Positions 1 through 8,905 of a stretch of DNA of 64,000 nt are shown here, in pieces. The notes beneath the pieces were generated by a model. That model saw only the letters and a program-made list of their open reading frames with translations. It had not been told where the DNA came from and searched no databases. Numbering within the stretch: position 1 is the stretch's first letter; the number at the start of each line of letters is the position of its first letter. Position numbers and translations under genes: made by a program. The stretch is taken from positions 513,090 to 577,089 of the forward strand of contig JBGAHS010000007.1 of assembly GCA_044226015.1 (NCBI GenBank), written 5' to 3'. This DNA is from Candidatus Obscuribacteraceae bacterium (GTDB lineage Bacteria; Cyanobacteriota; Vampirovibrionia; Obscuribacterales; Obscuribacteraceae).

Positions 1-356
1 TGCTATCTAGTTTTTCGTATTTACGTTGTATTGCCCAGCAACAGTAATCAGCAATCTGCAAACAGGGGTGTGATGCTGCAGTCCAGCAGGCGGTGGTGTT
101 GCTATTTGAGTGTTGGTCCACTACATCACACACGGCTTTTTCAAAAGCCTTTAGTTTCTTTTTCGTGCCAAGCGTGCTCGCAACTACGTGTACATCCTTC
201 TGCCTCTGCAAATGTTTTTTTTGACATCCAGCCAAACAGAGAATGCCATGCCAATGAATAGAAATAATTCTCGTCAGCAGTGATTCGCGGCTCTGCTTTG
301 CGTTTTTCCAGCACAACACTGTGGATGCCTGCTTCGTCCGCAAATATATAAGCCAT
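1..356 (-). pseudogene. DUF3800-family (RNase H-like) protein, disrupted; runs off the left edge
   Basis: N-terminal YIFADEAG motif is joined directly to IHSVVLEKRKAEP (the intervening segment expected in homologs appears deleted). Removing one base from the T8 run at 215-222 continues the frame as ...VVASTLGTKKKLKAFEKAV...SHPCLQIADYCCWAIQRKYE, the characteristic DUF3800 C-terminal LQxAD motif. Confidence 0.8.
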
Positions 357-368
357 GCCAATTCTGCC

Positions 369-436
369 AAAAAAAAGTGGACCGACTAGCCTTCTCAGGG
401 GCAGAGCCCAGGGGCTCTTTCATCGGTCCATAACTT
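369..436 (-). ncRNA. Structured small RNA upstream of the DUF3800 gene (candidate DUF3800-associated RNA motif) ending in a U8 tract
   Basis: Minus strand reads UGGACCGA-UGAA-AGAGCC-CCUG-GGCUCU-GCCCCUGAGAAGGC-UAG-UCGGUCCA-C-U8: perfect 8-bp closing stem (378-385/423-430), internal 6-bp hairpin (403-418), U-tract at 369-376, 12 nt before the DUF3800 ATG. Confidence 0.7.
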
Positions 437-442
437 ACCTTT

Positions 443-451
443 AAAATACCA
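443..451 (-). promoter_or_regulatory. Putative extended -10 promoter (TGnTATTTT) for the small RNA/DUF3800 unit
   Basis: TGGTATTTT on the minus strand, about 7 nt upstream of the predicted RNA start. Confidence 0.45.
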
Positions 452-562
452 CACAAAAGCCACTTTCCATAGGGGCACGAAGTTAACAAATTGAACTATC
501 GTCACTGGGCGCAAGTCTATGAGAAACTGTATGCGACTGTAATCCAAGACATCGATATCGCG

Positions 563-964
563 CTACGTTACCTTCAACCGCTGCAGAAGCGAGACGAAAA
601 TTCACTTGACCAAACTGCTACAGCCTGAGGGTCTTTGATGAATGGAAGGATGTCTTTCTTGGCGAGCTCTATGTCGAGGTTCGAAAACTTTTCTTCGAGC
701 AAGTTCAATAGATCTTCTCGTGTCATGCAATTCAAAATTACGTTGTGGCTCAAGCAGCGAGAAGTCTATGTTTTCAGAGAAGCGGTCTAGTCCGTAGAGA
801 ATTCGCAATGCGGTGCCACCATAGAATGACGCATGCTCGAAAAACTTCGCGCGCCATAAGCCGAGAAGAGCAATTTCCTGAATTATCTCCTTGAGCGCAT
901 TCTCGTAATCTTGACGGGGCTGGCACTGAACCTTGTTCAGCCTTGATTGAATTGCAAGATTCAA
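563..964 (-). pseudogene. abiEii: AbiEii/AbiGii nucleotidyltransferase toxin (type IV TA), internally deleted and frameshifted
   Basis: YGGTALRILYGLDRFSENIDFS matches the AbiEii signature, but the usual SEDLD reads SENID. After ~aa 80 the frame breaks; another frame encodes an AbiEii-like C-terminus (LDIELAKKDILPFIKDPQAVAVWSSEF). The middle of the protein is missing. Confidence 0.85.
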
Positions 965-1513
965 ATTGCCTCCATTAGTGCCATCACGCTGCTGCTTTTA
1001 TAATGCTTGTTTAACAGAAATAACTTTTTTAGATCAAATCGTTGCCAGCTTTCTGGTTCTATTCGAAGCTCGAATTCGAGGAAGTTCTTGGCTTTCGAAC
1101 TTGTCGTCAAAGAAACATTTAAGATAATGTAGTCGCAAAGCGCTTTCTCTGGTGAAGCTATAAGAATTGGATGCTGTGAATCTAGCCAGCATTGTTCTAT
1201 CTCATGCGGATACTTCGATGCGGCTAAATGTTTGTACGTGAAAAGTCCAATGGGTGTGTTGAATTCTTTGTTTTTCTTTGGAGTCACACTTGTGACTATT
1301 TCTACTCGTTCGGGAATCAGTCCGTGATATGCCAGTGCGTATTCCATCGAGATGCAAGACGGTCCGTAGATAAGGTTTGCCAGACTTTCTTTCCAAATCG
1401 GGTTTTGCCTTGTTTTAGTACCAAATACGTAAAGACCTTTCTTGACTCGAACAATAGTTACCGACTAGATTCAATAGTTCATGTATCTTCTGTTGAACAG
1501 CTTTGTACGTGCA
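961..1513 (-). pseudogene. abiEi: AbiEi antitoxin, 5' end disrupted
   Basis: In-frame IVRVKKGLY...ANLIYGPSCISMEYALAYHGLIPE...ASPEKALCD motifs. An in-frame TAG lies just upstream, with YKAVQQKIHELL in another frame and no proper start. Overlaps the abiEii start by 4 nt. Confidence 0.8.
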
Positions 1514-1544
1514 TCTTCCGCTTGTTATCTTTTGAATTTTTTTT

Positions 1545-2381
1545 CTATTCTTTGAGCATGCCTATTTGCCTCAGCCCATCCTTAACCCAAGGAAGGTCGC
1601 GAGGACTGTGCTTTTCAAAAGCTTTTATTACTGCTGCTCCCCAATCGTTATCTCCTGCAGCTTTCTTGATTCCTTCTGCTGCTCTGAAAACCATTGCTGT
1701 TTCTGGATCTCGTCCCATAAAAGACAGTATTTTTAGAGAACCATCTGAATTGACAAATTCTTGTCCAAGTTCGAAATTTAAATCTGGCTCATACCAAAGA
1801 CCTGGGCTATGCTGTCCTGGTACATATCCGTGGGTTAGTTCGTGGTCGATGACTTCGTGCTCGCGTCCGGCGAGTAAGTTCCTTGGTTCTCTCTCAAACC
1901 AGGCGCTCCACACTGAGCGTTCCGGTTCGTGAAGTTCTAGTTCGCCCAGCTTCCCTGAAGCAGCAGCATTTTTTAATTCATTGAGATAAGCTACATCGAT
2001 TGAACCATTATCCCTTACTAGTTCGCGCAGTTTTCCCGGCGTAGTAGCATTTTTTTCTACATTGGTAATAGCTAGATCGACTAAGCCATTATCCACTGAT
2101 GATGTCGTCGCACGTCGCAAGAGTCCAGCTCCGCCAGCAACAGCCAAAGCGGCTGCGGTTATGGCAACGGTCGTTTTATTTTCGGACACCCATTTGTATG
2201 CCTCGGTAAAAAGTTTTTGTGCACCAGTCTCTTCGTCCTTTCCGCCGAGTAAGCTCTCGTTCTTGTGAATTTTTAGCTCCGATTCCGGTTCAAGCTTAGC
2301 TTTGTTAACGCCAATTTCTTCCGCGTTATTTGTGCCAATATTTCGCTCGCCCATTGCATTCTCCAAACTTGCTTGACTCAA
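1545..2381 (-). CDS. Hypothetical protein with a hydrophobic segment and an HExxH motif (possible metallopeptidase/toxin domain)
   Basis: 278-aa ORF; charged N-terminus, hydrophobic TVAITAAALAVAGGAGLL, later DHELTHG. Confidence 0.65.
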   Translation of the reverse strand: MSQASLENAMGERNIGTNNAEEIGVNKAKLEPESELKIHKNESLLGGKDEETGAQKLFTEAYKWVSENKTTVAITAAALAVAGGAGLLRRATTSSVDNGLVDLAITNVEKNATTPGKLRELVRDNGSIDVAYLNELKNAAASGKLGELELHEPERSVWSAWFEREPRNLLAGREHEVIDHELTHGYVPGQHSPGLWYEPDLNFELGQEFVNSDGSLKILSFMGRDPETAMVFRAAEGIKKAAGDNDWGAAVIKAFEKHSPRDLPWVKDGLRQIGMLKE

Positions 2382-2932
2382 TAAGATTATGTAGAGCCCT
2401 GTGAATAGTCCGTGAACTGTAGCATGATGAATTATGCGGATTAGCTTCTTATTTCCACAGTCGAAGACCCTAACTCAAACTACTCATTCTTGGCTATTCC
2501 GCTTGAGAAACCTTGTTTGAATGTTTGAATGGGACCTTGTTCTGCCGATGATGCTTTTCGTGTGGGTGTACTTAAATGAGGACGGATTCGAGAAATACAA
2601 CGCAGCAATCGTGACCGCCATAGAAAGCTTGCAAACTTGCTGATAGGATCAATCGAGCCGATGTGATGAACGCAATCTCGACTCAATTTAAGGAACTAGA
2701 GAAGGAATGACCTATCCAAGCTTGACTGAACGAGCGGATTACTACGATCTCTAAAAATGTGCCGAACAAGGGGCGGAGTAAATTTGTGGGACTGCACCTT
2801 GGCGCAGATTGTATCGAAAAGAAAATTCTACCCGACGAATACTCGCGAATTTGTGAAGCGTGGAATCAAACGCTCCATAATTTGCATCTAGCACTAATGA
2901 ATGCAAGTATTTAACTTACTCAAAATGAAGGT

Positions 2933-3370
2933 CTAAGTCTTTGAATTTTGCTCCATATATGAAACAAGAGATTGATGCCATTCTGTCCAGTACTTGGCGC
3001 ACAATCGCGGAAACAAGTTTCTCCATTCGCAGTATCTGAACTTTAGCGAGTCACCCCAATCAATGGTGGTAGGGGCTGGCAGCCACAGCGGATAGTTTCG
3101 GTTATTGAATACCCCATTGCTCAGATTTAGTAGCTCTGAGCAATGTTGAATGTCATCAATCTCAGCCAAAGAATCTGCATCAATGAGAAATTTGCCAAAG
3201 AGCTCCTCTCCGTGAAGAATCAATCCTTGTCGCCAAGTTTCGAAAGACATTGATGATACCTCTCTGCTAATGATTGCAAAAGCGTCCTGTAAATCTTGTG
3301 TTTCCGCAGCTTTAATAATGTCGAGGAGGGCCGCCCATTCTTTCCACCAATCTATTGCTTCGAATGAAAG
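2933..3370 (-). pseudogene. DUF4240-like protein fragment, N-terminally truncated
   Basis: Open frame from a stop at 3371-3373: AETQDLQDAFAII...SFETWRQGLILHGEELFGKFLIDADSLAE...FPRLCAKY resembles DUF4240 motifs; no start codon upstream of the homologous region. Confidence 0.5.
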
Positions 3371-3412
3371 CTATAATTGTTATTGAAATTTGGAAGCACT
3401 AGGGAGCACCTG

Positions 3413-4786
3413 ATGGCTGGTTCTGCTGGAATCGAATACACCTATCGGTATCCCTTTAATTCTCAGCTCGTAGAGGCATCTGGTGCGTCAAATCTATTTT
3501 TGGCTACGTCTCAAAGCGACGGTGTTTTCCCTTATTTTTTCGAGGGGCGCATTTTGCGACCTCGCTTAACTGCGCAACTACTTACCGCGTTGGCAAAAGT
3601 TGTTAGCACTCGGTTTTACATTCCACCGAACTTGCTTAAGAAACTCATGGCAGAGCGTGACCCCATAGTTACTGCTGGCGCAGGAATTCTTCGCTTCGAG
3701 GGATTTTCAGCATGCTGCAGCACCTACGCTAGAGTCGATCTGACACCGGGTGCGTATGATGGTGAGGTCGTGCAACAGGGTACTACCAATGTTGATTTCA
3801 ATTCTTTAATGCGAGCTGCTCTTTTGCGCGTAAGAGATGGTGACCGCCTAACGCTTAGTGTAGGACCGGATGAAGTCGCCCTAGCGCTTGGATTTGAGCA
3901 TATTGTTGAGCGGAAAGTTGAATTGCCATATCGTTGGTTGAGGAGTCTGGTAGAGGTTCAATCATATCAATCCAAGATGAATCTTCACTTTACTGCGGAC
4001 AAGCCGGAGCTTGTGCGATTCTTGCGTTCGCTTCCGAAATCTACTCCTGCAAAATCACGTTTTTTTGTGGTGCGTGCTGCAAAGAATTTGCGCTTGAGCC
4101 AGAATGATGTTCCAGAAGCTGTTCCAATTACTGGGCTTCAACGGCTTCAGCTTCTCACTGATTTGGCGCCGCTCGCCGATTCACTGAGTGTGTTTTGTGA
4201 TCAATCTCGACAAACTTCGGAATGGCATCTTAACTGCGGTCCATTATCGATGATTATCACTATGAGTGCAGAAATTTCCAGAGGCTTCTCGGGTGAAGGT
4301 CAAGTTTTGACTGATCTTGACGAATGCGCTACAGAACGATTGGCATTATTGCGGGCGGCACTTAAGTGGGAGTCCTTGATCAATACATCAGACCTTGCGA
4401 AACGAACAGGTTTAAGTGAAGAACATGTTCGAAAACTGCTTGCTGTTTTAGGATCACGTGGGCTGGTTGGGTATGATGTTGGTCACGGTGCGTATTTTCA
4501 TAGAGAGTTGCCATTCGATTTTGAGCTTATTGAAGAGATGCATCCTCGACTGAGAAATGCTCGCAATTTATTGAGCGAGGGGAAAGTAAAAGTGGTGGCG
4601 CGCAGTGACGAAATTATTGAAATCGAAGTGGAAGGAAGTGGATTTCAACACATCGTCCGTTTTCGTGGGAAAGAATCAAGCTGCACTTGTCCATGGTATG
4701 CAAAGTATCAGGGAGAAGCACGTGGACCGTGCAAGCATATTTTGGCTGCTCGATTAGCAGCTTTTGGATCCGAGAAAAGTGAGTGA
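3413..4786 (+). CDS. SWIM zinc-finger family protein
   Basis: C-terminal CTCPW...GPCKH SWIM motif; RFEGFSACCSTYARVD and GTTNVDFN motifs; GGAG RBS before the ATG at 3413 (ORF track starts at 3377). Confidence 0.9.
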   Translation: MAGSAGIEYTYRYPFNSQLVEASGASNLFLATSQSDGVFPYFFEGRILRPRLTAQLLTALAKVVSTRFYIPPNLLKKLMAERDPIVTAGAGILRFEGFSACCSTYARVDLTPGAYDGEVVQQGTTNVDFNSLMRAALLRVRDGDRLTLSVGPDEVALALGFEHIVERKVELPYRWLRSLVEVQSYQSKMNLHFTADKPELVRFLRSLPKSTPAKSRFFVVRAAKNLRLSQNDVPEAVPITGLQRLQLLTDLAPLADSLSVFCDQSRQTSEWHLNCGPLSMIITMSAEISRGFSGEGQVLTDLDECATERLALLRAALKWESLINTSDLAKRTGLSEEHVRKLLAVLGSRGLVGYDVGHGAYFHRELPFDFELIEEMHPRLRNARNLLSEGKVKVVARSDEIIEIEVEGSGFQHIVRFRGKESSCTCPWYAKYQGEARGPCKHILAARLAAFGSEKSE

Positions 4787-7289
4787 AGCCGATGCCGAGC
4801 AAGAGCTCATTGCGAAGCTCATAACTGCTGATGAGCAATCACTTATAGAATTGTTCAGGAATAGCTCTGATCGAAAGTCTTTAACTAAGGCTGCATTAAG
4901 AGCCTACCAGGTAATGAGTCTGTTTCCGCTGAGTAATGTCGTATTGAACTCTGTTCTGGCAACTGCAAGCGAAGAGCAATTGAACAATCTGTCAATTTCA
5001 ATTGTTAGAACTGGAGATCTCTTTCTCGAATTTCTACTAGAATACAAACCTCCTCATTTTTCCGCTTGGGTGCATCAGCGCGTTGTAAGTCTTGAGATTG
5101 AGTTTGAGCTGGTAGTAGAACTTGTTAGTCGTGGTCTGTGTTGTGAACCAAGTACCAATGAATACGTCCTGCTCATTATGGAGGACTTGCGCAGTCGTAG
5201 CTTTAGCGATGTCGTTGTGCCTAAGCCGACGAGTAATGAAAGCTTTAGTGATTGCCTTGAGCAAATCTTACAGGTCGAACGGTTGGGCGAGAACAGTCTG
5301 GCGACTGACGCCAAAGAGTCGGGGCGCGAACTCTCGCAGGAAAACTCTTTAACTAAGTTGCGTCGAGCTGGCGTATTCGAACGTTGCAATTTTCTGGATG
5401 CTAGTCTGGATGCTCTTTCTCGAGAGCTTCCGGTAACTCAGGCTGTCTGGTATACAAGATTTCATGAAGCCCTTGAGCCCACGTTAGATGAGAGGCATCT
5501 GAGGCTTTCCGCATATGCAAGCCTTCTTGGTAGTGCGGCTTCTGCAACCGTGTGTTTCGCGCTGAACGCACTGAAAATTTTGGCGAGGAATAAAACTCTC
5601 GATCCGAATTTGCTAATTTCGAATTTGCGTCTCGCTATAGCTTTTAAGAAAAAATCTGTTGTTCTTGATGCGATTTCATTGATAGAGGTATTGCTAGAAG
5701 AAGATTCAAGTCCGGTAATAGATTTACTATGTGTGGCTGTTGAAGGCTTTCTGCATGAGTCGCCGGATGTGCAGAATCGAATTGCAAAACTCATAATCAG
5801 CTACTCAAGCAACGACTGTGTTGAGCTTCGCGAGAAACTGGGCGAATTTGAAGAGTGCTTGTTACCGTCGGTTAAAGCAAAGCTGCAAGCTTGGTTAAGC
5901 GTGCGCTCTTTCTCAGTTGCTGCGAGCAATGAAGCTCCGTACTCTCAGAGTCAGCCGTCAGCAATTAGTCCGCTTGAAACAGCAATGCACTTAGTGCCTA
6001 TTTTGGATCTTGACCAACTGATATCAACTTGTTCATATGTCCTGGAGAATTCCGCACAGGTCGATGCAATAGAGCAGGCTTTAGATGGCATCGTGAGGCT
6101 TAGTATAACTCCATCTAGTGACCTCCCCAGAATTAGCAAACCTTTGTTGAAACGAGCATCTTCTCTTCGTGCTAGTAATGCTTTTTCCGTATCGTATTTG
6201 CAGAAGTTGTTTGCTTCGTTTGTTTCGTGTTGGCTGACTAATGATGCGAATCTATCAGTTCCCGCAACCCACCCTGACAGTTGCGAGCTATTCATGCACT
6301 GCCGCCTGTCGCTTCTTCTTGCCCGCCTTTTGCAAAGACTTCCTGCACCCTTATTGTCGGCGCCCACTCATGAACGTGGTTGGATTGAACCACGAGTTGT
6401 GCACGAGCGTTGGAAGATTTTCGATGCCATTGGGCAAATTCCTGATGACTATGAGCAATCAATTTGCCTCTTGCGCATGCCTCTTTCGCAAATGAAGTCT
6501 CTGCTCCCTGAGTATCTTTCTCTGCGGGGAAGATTCTGGGATGCTGTGCGTTTTGCCACAAGGATTACCGACGAGTTAGTTGACGATGGCTCTCTTCTTT
6601 TCCATGCCGCGCATTCTTATCGAACACCGCCAGAGTTGGCTGTTTGTTTTGATTTAGGGACTGGTCAATTGTTTCAACATAAATCAAGTCTCGACTCTCT
6701 TCGCTGGTTGGGAACTTACTTTCCATCGATGAGAAATCAGTTCGTTGCCAGCAGTATTCGTAAATTTGGAAATGCTATCGATCGGCGCGAGAGCCAAGAT
6801 GTAGCATTGAGAGTTTTCCTTGAAATCATGAGTGATGCCTCCTTTCAATTTGATCGTCAGTCGTACCATGCACTTGGTACGGCTTTGATTGTTGCTAATC
6901 CTGAGCTGGCATTTCTCGCTCGAGATGTCTTGATACAACTAATTTTTGCGAGGCGATTGTGTGTCGAATCATTCGGAAAAGAAATTGCAGTCTTTCTGTA
7001 CTGCGAAAGAGGCATGATCAAACGAATGGTTAGAGCATTGACTGATGTTGCTGCCATGAGTCCGACTCATTCAAGTGCAGTGCGCCAGGTCTTGGAGCGT
7101 GCTTTGCAAGGAGGAGAGGTGGTTCGTCGTGATTTGTATTTGGTGCTTGAACTACTTCACGAATTACTCTGCGCTGAAAAGCTCTCGTCGATCGATCCGC
7201 AAACAAAAGCGCATCTGCTTCGTCTAACCGCTGGCGGAAAAACGGCTATGCTAATTAAGCGTTTGGTCAATTCTGATTTTCGCGGTTAA
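4779..7289 (+). CDS. DUF6493-like large alpha-helical (HEAT-like) protein
   Basis: ~836-aa Leu-rich ORF overlapping the SWIM stop; LLSAPTHERGWIEPRV motif typical of the SWIM-associated partner family. GTG start at 4779 inferred. Confidence 0.7.
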   Translation: MSEADAEQELIAKLITADEQSLIELFRNSSDRKSLTKAALRAYQVMSLFPLSNVVLNSVLATASEEQLNNLSISIVRTGDLFLEFLLEYKPPHFSAWVHQRVVSLEIEFELVVELVSRGLCCEPSTNEYVLLIMEDLRSRSFSDVVVPKPTSNESFSDCLEQILQVERLGENSLATDAKESGRELSQENSLTKLRRAGVFERCNFLDASLDALSRELPVTQAVWYTRFHEALEPTLDERHLRLSAYASLLGSAASATVCFALNALKILARNKTLDPNLLISNLRLAIAFKKKSVVLDAISLIEVLLEEDSSPVIDLLCVAVEGFLHESPDVQNRIAKLIISYSSNDCVELREKLGEFEECLLPSVKAKLQAWLSVRSFSVAASNEAPYSQSQPSAISPLETAMHLVPILDLDQLISTCSYVLENSAQVDAIEQALDGIVRLSITPSSDLPRISKPLLKRASSLRASNAFSVSYLQKLFASFVSCWLTNDANLSVPATHPDSCELFMHCRLSLLLARLLQRLPAPLLSAPTHERGWIEPRVVHERWKIFDAIGQIPDDYEQSICLLRMPLSQMKSLLPEYLSLRGRFWDAVRFATRITDELVDDGSLLFHAAHSYRTPPELAVCFDLGTGQLFQHKSSLDSLRWLGTYFPSMRNQFVASSIRKFGNAIDRRESQDVALRVFLEIMSDASFQFDRQSYHALGTALIVANPELAFLARDVLIQLIFARRLCVESFGKEIAVFLYCERGMIKRMVRALTDVAAMSPTHSSAVRQVLERALQGGEVVRRDLYLVLELLHELLCAEKLSSIDPQTKAHLLRLTAGGKTAMLIKRLVNSDFRG

Positions 7290-7389
7290 GCAGACACAAG
7301 ATAGCGATTCGAGCAGAGCGTAAATATCTTGCTGGCAATGGTATCTGGCTATTTTCTAAGATGAACTGAAGATCCAACCATTTCAGGAT

Positions 7390-7528
7390 GATTGTGTGTC
7401 GAATTCTTCGGAAAAGAAATTGTATGTCTTAGATTGTGATGGAGGCATGATCAAACCCGTGGTTTGATCTTTGACAAAAACTGCTAAGCTAATTTAGCGT
7501 TTGGTCAATTCTGATTTTCGAAGTTAGA
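7390..7528 (+). repeat. Diverged, internally deleted direct copy of the 3' end of the DUF6493-like gene
   Basis: 7390-7475 aligns with 6955-7042 and 7476-7528 aligns with 7238-7290 (e.g. gcgtttggtcaattctgattttcg occurs in both). Confidence 0.85.
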
Positions 7529-7573
7529 CTACGCTGGCTTACTTGCAGTTAATGCTCGACGCCTTGGAGACCC

Positions 7574-8773
7574 ATGGAAGAAAACTTTGAGATCCGTCAC
7601 CGGAAGCGACCCTTGAAGGTCTGTGTCATTCGTTCTCTGTGCGCCTGGGGGCTCGTGCTGGGACTCAGCACTAGTGCCCCGCTGGCTGCTCTATCTGCCG
7701 ATATACCGACTGAAGGCGACGAGACTCCGGTGTTGCGCAGTACCATCATCCAGACAGAACACAACCCTCCGAGCCCGACAGTCAACACGGAAGATGTGCG
7801 CGTGGTTGACTCAGGCACGTTGTTGAATCTCTATCTTTCGACCGAGATTTCCCCCGACGCCACCACGGAAGGTGATGAGTTTCTCAGCAAAATCGGCAAA
7901 GACGTGATGGTGGATGGGCGAGTGGTTATCCCCAGGGGTACTACGGTGCACGGGGTGCTCAGCACGATGGAGGGTCCGAAACGCTCTGGTCGCAATGGTT
8001 ACATCACCACGCGCTTCGACTATTTGATCACTCCTGACGGGCGTAAAGTTACGATAGACGGCAATAGCACCACGCGTGATTCCAAAGGCAAGGCTGCTGC
8101 TAAAGTCGTCGGACGTGCGGCGGGGTTCACTGCCATTGGTGGCGTGATTGGCACGGTGATGGCGCTGCGGTTTGGCGGTCTTGTTGGGGCGGCAGCCAGC
8201 CACGGCTCAGCCCTTGCGGGAGGTGCCGCTATCGGTGGTGCTGCCGGGCTCACTATCGCTATGCTGACGAAGGGGAAAAGCGTTCTGCTTCAACCCGGCA
8301 CTGAAATGCACGTCAAGCTCAGCGAGCCTCTGACATTGCCGACCATGACTATGCCTGATGAGACAGCGGAAGATTTCAGCATTCCTGGGCTGCAGGTGAA
8401 GGTGGCGGACATGCGCATTGACACTCGTTCCTTTGGCGAAATTAAGCTGACGCTGGATATTTTGAATCAAACCGAAGATACGTTCTCCACTTTTGAAATC
8501 GGACTTGAGGACGATATGGGCAAGGTGTTCTTCCCTTCGCCTGTTGGCGACACTGGCATCCTGTCCACGAAAATCACGCCTAGCAGTCACTTCAACAGCA
8601 ACCTAACTTTTAGTGTAGACAATGTCAGAAGCCGCTACAAGTTGGTGCTTTTCAAGCCCTATTCCCGTGATCCGCTGGCAAAATTAGCGCTGACAGATGA
8701 GATGCTGGCAAGCAGCAAAGCTAGCCCCAAGTCCAAGCGCGTGGGCATTGCAGCAGCCCGCAAACCTGACTGA
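7574..8773 (+). CDS. Exported hypothetical protein (TrbI/VirB10-like beta domain, glycine zipper, C-terminal Ig-like domain)
   Basis: Signal-like N-terminus; DGRVVIPRGTTVHG motif; Gly/Ala-rich hydrophobic hairpin; visibly GC-richer than its neighbours. Confidence 0.7.
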   Translation: MEENFEIRHRKRPLKVCVIRSLCAWGLVLGLSTSAPLAALSADIPTEGDETPVLRSTIIQTEHNPPSPTVNTEDVRVVDSGTLLNLYLSTEISPDATTEGDEFLSKIGKDVMVDGRVVIPRGTTVHGVLSTMEGPKRSGRNGYITTRFDYLITPDGRKVTIDGNSTTRDSKGKAAAKVVGRAAGFTAIGGVIGTVMALRFGGLVGAAASHGSALAGGAAIGGAAGLTIAMLTKGKSVLLQPGTEMHVKLSEPLTLPTMTMPDETAEDFSIPGLQVKVADMRIDTRSFGEIKLTLDILNQTEDTFSTFEIGLEDDMGKVFFPSPVGDTGILSTKITPSSHFNSNLTFSVDNVRSRYKLVLFKPYSRDPLAKLALTDEMLASSKASPKSKRVGIAAARKPD

Positions 8774-8776
8774 GTT

Positions 8777-8805
8777 CTGCCCGTGCTACGCAGCACCTCG
8801 GGCAG
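8777..8805 (+). terminator. GC-rich hairpin after the 7574-8773 gene (terminator or stabiliser)
   Basis: ctgcccg...cgggcag outer stem with inner tgct/agca stem; weak U tail. Confidence 0.4.
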
Positions 8806-8905
8806 CCTGTTGCAGTCACTACATCCGACACACTAGCGTCACAATCGTTCGGTATGGTTATTACTTACTGTTAGTTACGGTTACTGTGAAAGTAACGAAC
8901 AATGG

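Noticed and set aside
1228..1932. 234-aa plus-strand ORF
   Set aside because: Antisense shadow of abiEi and the 1545-2381 gene; no recognisable motifs.
2480..2880. 68-aa ORF and adjoining sequence, possibly another gene remnant
   Set aside because: No family motif recognisable in the frames I read; cannot support a call.
6955..7528. Possible DGR template/variable repeat pair
   Set aside because: Differences are not adenine-specific and include indels; no reverse transcriptase is present in the window.
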